A stretch of 64,000 nt of DNA, taken from positions 55,006-119,005 of the forward strand of contig JBOEGD010000002.1 of NCBI GenBank assembly GCA_050633245.1, read 5' to 3'. The notes beneath the pieces are model-generated. The model had not been told where the DNA came from and ran no database searches. It was given only the letters and a program-made list of their open reading frames with translations. Positions 50,368 through 59,700 of the stretch are shown here, in pieces. Origin of the DNA: Calditrichia bacterium. GTDB lineage: Bacteria > Calditrichota > Calditrichia > RBG-13-44-9 > J075. The translations under genes were made by a program, and so were the position numbers. Numbering within the stretch: the stretch's first letter is position 1; every line of letters begins with the position of its first letter.

Positions 50368-51030
50368 TCAATTCAATAACGCATAAAGCAGGATATTCGT
50401 TCCCATATCAAGAGCTGAACGACGCACATCAGGTGGATTTTCATGAATTGTTGCATCTTCACAGCCGTCACTAATATCGGTATTGTAGCTGTAAAACGCC
50501 ACCATGCGTCCATCAACATATAGCCCAAATCCCTTTGGCGGGCCGCCATCATGCTTGTGAACTTTGGGTAAACCGTTTGGAAAATCTTTAAAGGAATGAT
50601 AAATGGGATGCGAAAACGGCAGTTCAATCCACTCGCTTTCCGGATAGACCTTCTTAATTTCACGACGAAAGTGCTTATCCATTCCAAAGTCATCGTCTGC
50701 CCATAAAAAGCCACCTGCCTGCAGGTATTCTCGCAGGCGTTCAGCTTCGGCATCGGAAATCTTTATATTTCCGTGCCCGGCTATATATGCAATGGGATAC
50801 TTAAAGAGGTCTCTATCGAGTATGGACAGGGCAATTTCTTTTTCGTTCGCGTTTACATTGGCGTTGTCACGCATATGCTGAAATAAATTCACGAACGTTG
50901 TACGATTGCCATACCAATCACCACCCCCATCGTATTTAAGACGTACGACGGTTACCGGAGACTGTGCAAATCCATCTATGCAGAGGATAAAGAGGATTAA
51001 ACAGGTTAGAGCGGGTGCTGCAAATTTCAT
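50368..51030 (-). CDS. DUF4159 domain secreted protein
   Basis: LKYDGGGDWY, YLQAGGFLWADD, GLPKVHKHDG and MGTNILLYAL. Confidence 0.88.
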   Translation of the reverse strand: MKFAAPALTCLILFILCIDGFAQSPVTVVRLKYDGGGDWYGNRTTFVNLFQHMRDNANVNANEKEIALSILDRDLFKYPIAYIAGHGNIKISDAEAERLREYLQAGGFLWADDDFGMDKHFRREIKKVYPESEWIELPFSHPIYHSFKDFPNGLPKVHKHDGGPPKGFGLYVDGRMVAFYSYNTDISDGCEDATIHENPPDVRRSALDMGTNILLYALLN

Positions 51031-51071
51031 GGTTCTGCCTGCTGTAACCGCTCCGCAAATGCGGACCGGCG

Positions 51072-51875
51072 TTATCGGTTTTGACGCTTGGCGAACTGGT
51101 TTCTGGCTTTACGACTGTTCAATCCCAACTTATTGAGTTGTGAACGAACACCAAACCAGCCAACTTTTGTGAATCCAAAATCCGCAGAATTCAAACGCTT
51201 GTTAATCTTGAACGCGCCAATATCCGGGTTACGCGCTACAATATGGCGAATTTTGTCTTCTGTTGACATGTTTACGAGATCACGCGGTCCAAGGTTCCGA
51301 CGAACTTGCGGAATTGACTCTTCCGAGCGATCTTCGAATACGTCTTCTGCAACCGGCTCGACTGGCTGAGAGGAAGCGACTGGCTCTCCGGCTATCGGCT
51401 CCATTGGCTGCCCGGGTGTCATCTCGCCACCAAAAGGCGTTTGCGGTTTTGGTGCCGGGGGAGGAGTCGGTGCCTTTGGTTCAGCTGCAGGCTGTCCGGT
51501 AACAACCTCTACAAACTGCGACTCCTCAAATTTACCAATGGCTTCATCAAGTGAATCATATACATCAAGAATATGATGAAACTCGAGAAGCTCAAAGATT
51601 TCATAGACATCTGGAATCATGCGAACCAACTTAAGATCGCCATTATTTTCTCGAATTGCCTTAATTTCGCTAATAAAGATACCCCATCCGGCACTGCTGA
51701 TGTAATCTACATTGCCAAGATCGATAATAATTTGATAGCGTCCCTGCTTTAGCAGACCATTGAGGGAACGCTCAACCTCGGAAGATGTTGTCGTATCAAT
51801 ATAGCCACCGACTTTTATTACAGATAGCTGACTGCCGCTTCCGGCAGGCTCAGTCGAGACCTGAATGCCTTCCAT
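51072..51875 (-). CDS. STAS anti-anti-sigma factor with Pro-rich linker and C-terminal HTH-like domain
   Basis: GYIDTTT and VDYISSAGWG (phospho-Ser motif). The C-terminal domain resembles that of 51965-54613. Confidence 0.88.
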   Translation of the reverse strand: MEGIQVSTEPAGSGSQLSVIKVGGYIDTTTSSEVERSLNGLLKQGRYQIIIDLGNVDYISSAGWGIFISEIKAIRENNGDLKLVRMIPDVYEIFELLEFHHILDVYDSLDEAIGKFEESQFVEVVTGQPAAEPKAPTPPPAPKPQTPFGGEMTPGQPMEPIAGEPVASSQPVEPVAEDVFEDRSEESIPQVRRNLGPRDLVNMSTEDKIRHIVARNPDIGAFKINKRLNSADFGFTKVGWFGVRSQLNKLGLNSRKARNQFAKRQNR

Positions 51876-51964
51876 TTCGTCCTCCGTCTTATTCGACGTT
51901 GTTACAGATTAACACATAAGATTATATTCGTATTCATATATACATTTTTTTTGAGCGATCGTTC

Positions 51965-54613
51965 TTATTCGTCGTCACTCTCGTCATCGAGCAGGCCACC
52001 GTTCCGCTTTGGTGGCGAAGGCAGCATTTTTGATTTCAGTTGAGCTGGATCCGGCTCAGAGATTTCAACCTCTTCAAGTTTCTTACCACGGGCCGAGATC
52101 ATTTTCTCACGAGCGCGAGATTCCGGGGGCAGCTCCGGCATAAATGGCGATCCGGATCCGGCATTATCTTCACTTCGGAATCCGACCAGCACTTCACCAT
52201 CAAGCGTAAGCAGCGGTGTTCCCGGTGGTTTAAGCCTTTGCTTGCCACCACGATCGACAAAAGCAGCACGTCTTTCCTTGGTATTTAGTTTGGCGCGCTT
52301 GAGCTCTTCATAAATCAGATTTGAGGAAATCTCGGTAAAACCGTATTTCTCCGTATTCAATGCATCGCTGATTTTCTTTGGTCCAAACTCGGGAAATTCA
52401 CGAATAATATCATACATCTTTGTCTTAACTTCAATACTAAGATGTCTTAAACCAAGATTTGTATAGCCATGAAGCATTTCGCGAAGCAGATCGTAGCCGC
52501 CTTCTTGCAAAATGCGGCGATAACGGTAAAAAGTTGTCGGTGAAACACCGGCTTCTTTACAGACGTCTGCAACAGTCTGACTATCTTCTTTATTTTTAAT
52601 TTCTTCGAATAGCTTCTGAAACGTATTCACTTTAACATCGACAGCTGCCATGTTTTCTTTAATCGCCACCAGGGTGATATCGTCATTTTGATCAAAGCCC
52701 TGCGTAAAGTTCATAATATCCGCTTTAATGGCTTTCACAAACTCAACCACGTCCAGACTACCATAGCGTCTGATGGCTTTTAGAAAACGCTCTTCCCCAT
52801 AAAGATCGCGCTGCTGGTTCATCGCCTCAGTAATACCGTCAGTATAGAGTACCAGCACATCATCCGGATGCAGACGAATGCGATCGGCCTGAATGCGCTC
52901 GCCAAACAGCTTAATGTCTGGCAGCGTAATACCAACCGGAAAACCTGATGGATTCAGATAGAATGTTTCTTTACTCTTTCCCCGAAATAGAATCATCGGG
53001 TTGTGTCCGGCACTGGAGAAAGACACAATGCGTTCGCGTGAGTCTAGAATAACGTAGAACATTGTTACAAACATGCCGCGACGAATATCGTCTGTGACAA
53101 AGCGATTTACTTTGGCCAGAATATCTGCAGGATTGCTATTTCCACGCGTCTCGAGTCTCAGTGAGGTACGAATCATCGTCATAACCAACGATCCCGGAAT
53201 TCCCTTACCAGACACGTCAGCCACGCATACGCCGATCGACTGATCATCCACTTCAACAAAATCAAATAGGTCTCCGCCTACTTCCTTGGCAGATTGATAA
53301 TAAGATGCTATATCGTAACCAACAACTTCTGGAAAGTCGTCTGGCAGCAGCATCTGCTGAATTTCCTGTGCGACCTGCAATTCTTTATGCATGCGCTGCT
53401 GCTCGATTACGCTGGTTTGCGCTTCGCGAAACTTGTTGGTCATTTCATTAAATGCTACGGCTATCTCTCCTACCTCATCACCGGCATCGATATCAATTTC
53501 ATCCTGATCGGCCTGACCGGTTCCAACTTGGCGCACCCACTCTGCCAGCTTGTGAAACGGTTGGGTAATTTGAATTACCAGAAATGCCACAATCGCCATT
53601 ATCAGAGAAAACAGGATAAGCACAAATAGCAGCGAACGATTGCGTTCGGATGCCACTTGATTTGAAATTTTATTTTCGTTCACCGAAACGACTGCATAGC
53701 CTAGCGGTTCGTCATCAACATTTTGTAGCTTTACCGGAGCAATAAAGTAGAGTAGTGTTGAGTCGCCGGCTGCTTCATAAATCGTAACGTCTTCACGGGT
53801 TTCCAGTACGTTCAGCATACCGGTATCAAATTTTTGGCCCAGCTGTTCAACCGCAAATGGGGATACGGCAAGAATTTCCAGCTCGCTGTTGGTAATTACC
53901 GCCTGCTCGAGCAGCGTGTTGCTGCTCGATCTGACGATCTGAGCATTTTCATTTAGCAACGGGCTGTTTTCTTCCAGCAGTAGATCCCAATTACTGGCTG
54001 CAAAATTACTGGCTGTCGCCGTTGCTTCAGCATACACATCGCTGCGCACCGAGCTGGACGTACGATATTGAAGAAAAATAAAAGATGCAAGTGCCAGCAA
54101 AGCTCCCAGAGCTCCGGATAACAAGAAGAATTTTCTGCGGAGTGACAAGCCCTCGAACCAGGCCATAATTGGCTGTTCATGAACCGGAGCTTCGCGGTGC
54201 TTAGTAAGACGTAACTCGTTGCCGGCACGTGTAAGGTTGTATTGGATATCGTCCATGAGCTTACGCATCATCAGGATACCAAGACCACCCTTTTTACCAT
54301 AATCTACATATTTCTGCAGGTCGGGGTTCTGTGCTTTACGCGGGTCGAAGTGTTTACCCTGGTCGATAATAACCATAGTAATACTTTGACGACGGATAAT
54401 TACGCGAATGGTAATCATTCCGTCCTTTACATCCATGTAGCCATGACGAATAACGTTCGTGCAGGCTTCATCTACAACCAACTTAAAAGAATTGATGACT
54501 TTATCGGCAAGTCGGTATTTCTTACCGTTTTGCTCAATAAAGTCCCGTATCTCTTTGAGATAGGCCATAGAGGCTGGGACAATTAGCTCTTCTTTTGAGA
54601 CGTTTTTAAACAT
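51965..54613 (-). CDS. RsbW-like Ser kinase - TM - periplasmic sensor - TM - HAMP - SpoIIE/PP2C phosphatase - HTH fusion
   Basis: DEACTNVIRHGY, DQGKHFDP and GGLGILMM kinase motifs. EVGGDLFD, ADVSGKG, SAGHNP, YTDGITEA and DDITLV phosphatase motifs. Confidence 0.9.
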   Translation of the reverse strand: MFKNVSKEELIVPASMAYLKEIRDFIEQNGKKYRLADKVINSFKLVVDEACTNVIRHGYMDVKDGMITIRVIIRRQSITMVIIDQGKHFDPRKAQNPDLQKYVDYGKKGGLGILMMRKLMDDIQYNLTRAGNELRLTKHREAPVHEQPIMAWFEGLSLRRKFFLLSGALGALLALASFIFLQYRTSSSVRSDVYAEATATASNFAASNWDLLLEENSPLLNENAQIVRSSSNTLLEQAVITNSELEILAVSPFAVEQLGQKFDTGMLNVLETREDVTIYEAAGDSTLLYFIAPVKLQNVDDEPLGYAVVSVNENKISNQVASERNRSLLFVLILFSLIMAIVAFLVIQITQPFHKLAEWVRQVGTGQADQDEIDIDAGDEVGEIAVAFNEMTNKFREAQTSVIEQQRMHKELQVAQEIQQMLLPDDFPEVVGYDIASYYQSAKEVGGDLFDFVEVDDQSIGVCVADVSGKGIPGSLVMTMIRTSLRLETRGNSNPADILAKVNRFVTDDIRRGMFVTMFYVILDSRERIVSFSSAGHNPMILFRGKSKETFYLNPSGFPVGITLPDIKLFGERIQADRIRLHPDDVLVLYTDGITEAMNQQRDLYGEERFLKAIRRYGSLDVVEFVKAIKADIMNFTQGFDQNDDITLVAIKENMAAVDVKVNTFQKLFEEIKNKEDSQTVADVCKEAGVSPTTFYRYRRILQEGGYDLLREMLHGYTNLGLRHLSIEVKTKMYDIIREFPEFGPKKISDALNTEKYGFTEISSNLIYEELKRAKLNTKERRAAFVDRGGKQRLKPPGTPLLTLDGEVLVGFRSEDNAGSGSPFMPELPPESRAREKMISARGKKLEEVEISEPDPAQLKSKMLPSPPKRNGGLLDDESDDE

Positions 54614-54746
54614 AGAATCCGGGTATAATGCTCTTTAATTAAAACCGTCTAAAGTCCGGTAAAATAAAAGATAAAGTGGATATGGAACACCGGTTGCATT
54701 CAACATAAAGAGTATACCCCGGTGATCCAAATTTTTTATTGACGAA

Positions 54747-56693
54747 TTACTGATTTTCTCTAGTGCGTTTTATACGATCTTCGACCGTTTTAATTGCATT
54801 CTGAAGCTTTTCATTGCTCGGATATTTTTCAGCGAGTCCGCGCCAGATTTCCGCGGCTTCTTCATAGCGACCTTTAAGAAACAATGCCGTTCCGCTACGA
54901 TAAACAACCTCGTCTGCCGGCTCCATCTTATCTGGTCCGGTGGTTCCACCAAGCCCTCTGCGCGAGCGTTCAATATACTGGCGAATGGCCTCATTAGACG
55001 GGTCGAGCTTAAGCGCTTCTTCAAACACACCAAGAGCAGCCTGATAGTCGCCGGTATCGAACATTGCAAGACCCTGTTGCACGTATTCCTGAATCTTGAT
55101 ACGGTTAGCAAGAATATTAATCTCTTCTTTCAATTCAGGTGATTCCGGAGCAAGAATTAAAGCCTCACTCAGCAGTCTGAGAGCATCCGAGAAGTTGGCC
55201 TGAGTAAATTCCTGACGCGCCTGGCTAACCAGCGTTCGGACTTCACCATTCAAGCGACGCTGCGTTGTGCGCAGTGCTTCCTCGATAATTTCATCATCCG
55301 GCCGACGTTCGAGTGCAAGATTAAATTCTTTCAGGGCATCGTTATACTGCTTCTTCTCGAGGAAGAGTTTTCCCTTTTCAAAGTGCAGCTCGATGTAGCG
55401 CTGATCTTCTATCGCCAGCTCCGCATCTACCGCCTGAGAAATAGCTTCCTGCTGACGTCGATTAAACTGCTTTTCGATAAGCGCATTCGCACTATCGAGA
55501 CCGGCCTGAGCCTGTTTGTTAAACGGATCATCAGTAATGACCTTCTGATACTCTGAATACGCATCGAAGAAACGATCATCCTTCAAGAACTCCTGTCCCT
55601 TCTGCATGCCGTCTACAATTCGACCCTGGCGATCTTCTTCCTTCGTTCGCTCTACGAGCTCGCGCTCGCGACGCAGACGTTCTTCTTCAGCGAGAATAAT
55701 TTTTTCTTCACGCGTTTTGCCAAGGTTAAACGTGACCGAGAAACGATGTCCCGGAGGAAGTGCACCTTCATCGCTTAAGTTACTAAAAGAGTAATCGATG
55801 TCCATAAAGCGATATTGAATACCGGCTCCAAAAGTTGGCGCATTGCGATCGAACCCGGCGCGCAGCGTTCCAAAATCACGAAAGCCATATTCCACGCCCA
55901 TATGCAGACTGGTGCCGGAAACTTCCCACTGAGCAACATCAAACAGAACATTCATTTTCCCACCGACGCCAACCGGAATGGTTTTCATTAACCCAAAGGT
56001 CAGCTTGGTAGCCACATCTTCAGGGTTGGGCCCAGCCTTCACCTGAGGTTGAATCGCGTTCAAATAATGAACGCCAATGGAAAGATTGCGCATTAGTGCA
56101 TTTTCAAAATCAGGGCGATAAAGCAGTCCAAAATCGAGTCCGAAGGCACTACCGTCAATATTGTTTTCGCTGAACGACTGACGCTGCACTTTAAACGTAA
56201 CCCCGGGCGTAATACTGAACGGAAGCTTTTTCGCGTAAGCGATATAAATTTCCGAGTAGGTGAAGTCTGCCCCATTGGTTCCCAGAATATTATTCTCATC
56301 GGTATACTGAATGTCATTCACACCAATACGAGTAAGACCAATACCGATCGACCCGAAGTTCAGCGTTGGATAGAGAAAACCGAGAAAGTCCAGACTGGTG
56401 CCATCTAAAATTAGCGGGCTGTGAAACAGAGAGAACGAAACCTGCGGCGCATATTCCAAACCTGCCGGATTCCAAAAAACTCCGGTTGGATCATTAGCAA
56501 GCGCAACATAGGCTCGACCAAGTCCATAGGCTTTCGAACCAATTCCAGCCTCATGAATAAGGCTTTCCGTGCCGCCATCACCGGTTTGCGCGAGCAGAGG
56601 CATCCAGCAAAGCATGCACAAGCAAGCCAGCATCAACAGCATTGATGTCAGATTCAGGTTTCTCTTATTGTTCGTCATAATCATCTCACTCAT
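54747..56693 (-). CDS. PorV/PorQ-family outer-membrane barrel fused to TPR repeats
   Basis: GSKAYGLGRAYVALANDPTGVFWNPAGL and H.FSVTF barrel end, followed by a coiled coil and several TPRs. Confidence 0.85.
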   Translation of the reverse strand: MSEMIMTNNKRNLNLTSMLLMLACLCMLCWMPLLAQTGDGGTESLIHEAGIGSKAYGLGRAYVALANDPTGVFWNPAGLEYAPQVSFSLFHSPLILDGTSLDFLGFLYPTLNFGSIGIGLTRIGVNDIQYTDENNILGTNGADFTYSEIYIAYAKKLPFSITPGVTFKVQRQSFSENNIDGSAFGLDFGLLYRPDFENALMRNLSIGVHYLNAIQPQVKAGPNPEDVATKLTFGLMKTIPVGVGGKMNVLFDVAQWEVSGTSLHMGVEYGFRDFGTLRAGFDRNAPTFGAGIQYRFMDIDYSFSNLSDEGALPPGHRFSVTFNLGKTREEKIILAEEERLRRERELVERTKEEDRQGRIVDGMQKGQEFLKDDRFFDAYSEYQKVITDDPFNKQAQAGLDSANALIEKQFNRRQQEAISQAVDAELAIEDQRYIELHFEKGKLFLEKKQYNDALKEFNLALERRPDDEIIEEALRTTQRRLNGEVRTLVSQARQEFTQANFSDALRLLSEALILAPESPELKEEINILANRIKIQEYVQQGLAMFDTGDYQAALGVFEEALKLDPSNEAIRQYIERSRRGLGGTTGPDKMEPADEVVYRSGTALFLKGRYEEAAEIWRGLAEKYPSNEKLQNAIKTVEDRIKRTRENQ

Positions 56694-56714
56694 ATATCGA
56701 CCTGTTCAGGTATT

Positions 56715-59700
56715 TTACTTGATATATACAACTTTTGTCTTCAACTCTTTGGTTTGTCCACCGTCTAATCGCAGACGCAACACAGCGGCGTACACTCCGT
56801 TAGTGACGCGCTTACCCTGGCCATTCATGCCATCCCAGCTAAGATCACCGTCACTCATTCCGCGCGGCAGCGTCACCTCATCCAGTGCAATAACCAGTCG
56901 ACCAACCAGCGTATAAATACGCAGCTCAGCAGTTCCGGCAGATTCCATCCAGAAGTTAAAGCGGGTGCGTCCCTGATCGGCTGCCCCGGTAGCAAAGTTG
57001 GTACTCTGCCCAAATGGATTCGGGTAATTGCGGAACAGTGATTCCCGTTCTTCATCAATCACCGTGATAAAGCTGGACTGAAATTCCAGCGACAGGCGAT
57101 TCAGCGGCGCATCGAGGATCTTATCGATTACTTCAACGCTGGAAGCAAAGGTGCCCACTTCCTGCTCCGCACGCACATCGTCCAGACGCATGGCAAACTT
57201 ACGACTCGGTGCACCAGATGCAAGGTCCATCAACACCACCAGGCGTGTAGGCAAATTATCAATAACCTCTGCGGATGGATTAAACTCTACGACAAATGGA
57301 TTTGCCGTAGCACTGGTTATCTGTAATTCGCCAAACACGTCCTGCACGGGGGTTTTACCGGCAAGAGAGTTTAGGTAGAAATCTTCACTTACCACGCGCA
57401 CGCGTGAAATAAGCGTTTCCGGGTCAAGAATAGGTTCATTATTCGCCCCGTCACGCAGCGATAACGTGAAGTTGCGTATTTGGGTGGTCTCATTTCGGTT
57501 CGGATTTGTGAACTCCAGTCCAAAGGCCGGCACATCAGGCTCACCCTGGAAGAAGTTGTTCTCACGTTCAACACTAAATTTCTCGACAAAGACCTGTCCC
57601 GCAATCATATTAATAAAAAATGTCAGCGAGTCATTCTGCACATCGACAGTACCACTGGTATTGTTATCTGTGGGCAATCCCAGGAAGCCAATACCAATTT
57701 CAGTATTAATATTCGTATCTGCCGGAGCAACCAGCTGCCAGGTTACGATAGCAGAATCGATTGCATTATCAATCGTAAAGTTCTGAACAGCTGTGCTGCC
57801 ATTTGTTAACTGAAATTCAGGACTGTTCACGCGAAGCTGGACAGCTCCATTTCCATTCACGTCGGCAACACCAAGATTTTTAATAACGGCATTGATAACA
57901 AATTCCTGCTGCTGCGTAATACGGAGTAGATTTTGTCCAGTAGTCGATCGCAGATCAATAAGCGCACGTCTCTCGGTGGTAACAGATGCCGTAAGAGAAT
58001 CTTTCACTATGATAGAACTGTTGTTGCGGTCAATTCCTGTAACCAGAACCTTCAGCGTGCCACTTTCCGATCCGGACGGCAAATTCTCAGGAGCCATAAT
58101 CGGCCATCGGGTAGTCGCTCCGCTAAAGTCACGGATCGAATCACCCGGCGTAGCATATTGATAGCCTTCCGGCAAAAAGAGAGTCGCTTGCCGGTTAATC
58201 ACGTTACCCGGCGCCTCAATCGTCACGTCCACATTAAAACTCTGATCCGTTGATACGGTTTGCGGAGCAACGACAGACAGCACGCTGATTTCCGGCATTT
58301 CATCGATGTTTATTCCGATCGAATCTTTACCTACGCTTACAAAAGCGGCCGCATCGGTATTCACATCAAAAGGCACCGGATCAATAATCGCGCGCACAAA
58401 AGACTGCGTGGCAAATTTACTGAGTTGTGTGTAGAGGTCATCGATATCTGCTTCCAGCTGCTGTTTTTCAAGCAAATCGGACGCACTTCCACCACCTTCG
58501 TTTACCTGTTGACTGCTCTGTAGGCGACGAATAACATCTGCGTGCAGCTCGCTCTTTATGCGAATATCGTCTTTCACTTTTGCAGCTTGTGTGCTTACAG
58601 CTGCCCGGATTGTCCAGGTTAATGAATCACCGATTGCAAATGGCTGCTGAACATCTCCCTGAACAACTTGCAAACTATCACCCAGCTCGAGCCTGATCTG
58701 ACCTTGTGGCGTGTTTCCAATTTCTGCTTCACCATTATTCCTAACCACCGACTGATAGACAAATTCCTGTCCAAAGCTCACGGTATTATTTGAAACTCCA
58801 CTGACAATTTCACTTTCGAGTACCAGATTCGCGCGTTCAACAAGTTCAAGAACGAAGTCTAATTCATCAACAACCACGCTGCCCGGATTATTTCCATCTT
58901 CACCGCGCATGGCAATCTTCAACGTAAAGGGTGCCGCTTTCTTATCTGAAGATTCGCCGTCTTTCACCGCTTCTTCTTCTTCTTCGGTATTAGGCATTGC
59001 ATCCGTCTTTGAGACGTCCTTTTGCAGTACCTGTGGAGCAAAGACTTCCCAAAAAACAGTTGTATCTGGTTTGAAGGTTTTAACCAGCGTGTCGGCAAGA
59101 AATCCTGCCCCCGCCGGCAACAGCAGCTCGGCAATCAGATCTTCCTGCGCAATATTTCCGGTATAGGCTCCTTCTACTCTCAGAACAAATCGTTGACCGG
59201 TTGAGAGCGTGTTATCTACGGCACCGGCAGGCTCGATTATCTCGGCGAGCGCAACCTGCACGCTGGCACCGCTACCGACGACAACTGGTAATATCACTTC
59301 AGGCGTTTCAAAAAATGCCAGCGTATCCGGAAAGTTGTTATTCTGATCCTGCACATCGCTATCGATAATCGTTGTCGTAAAATTTACATCCCCCGTGTCG
59401 GCAAGCGCATTGAGCGTGAACGTAGCTTGCCCGACATTATTAGTCAGCTTGATATATTCAGTTATCTCACGTTCCTCAGGAAGTGTACCACCAACGATAG
59501 TCATTAAGGTATCCACTGCAAAGCGAACAAGCACCGAATCGGGAGTCGTAATCGCTGTTCCGGTATTATTCAGGATAACACTGACCGGAATATTCGTTTG
59601 ATTTTGCGAGAATTGAGTATTGGTATCAAACGAAAGTGTCAGTGCAGCACGTTCAACGGTGACCACTCCGACTCTGTCGGTCTGATCGATAACTTCTGCC

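Noticed and set aside
52200-52600. IS481 insertion sequence or transposase pseudogene
   Set aside because: Only the HTH-like region is present, fused in frame. There is no DDE domain or terminal inverted repeats, and a homologous tail is on the neighbouring STAS protein.
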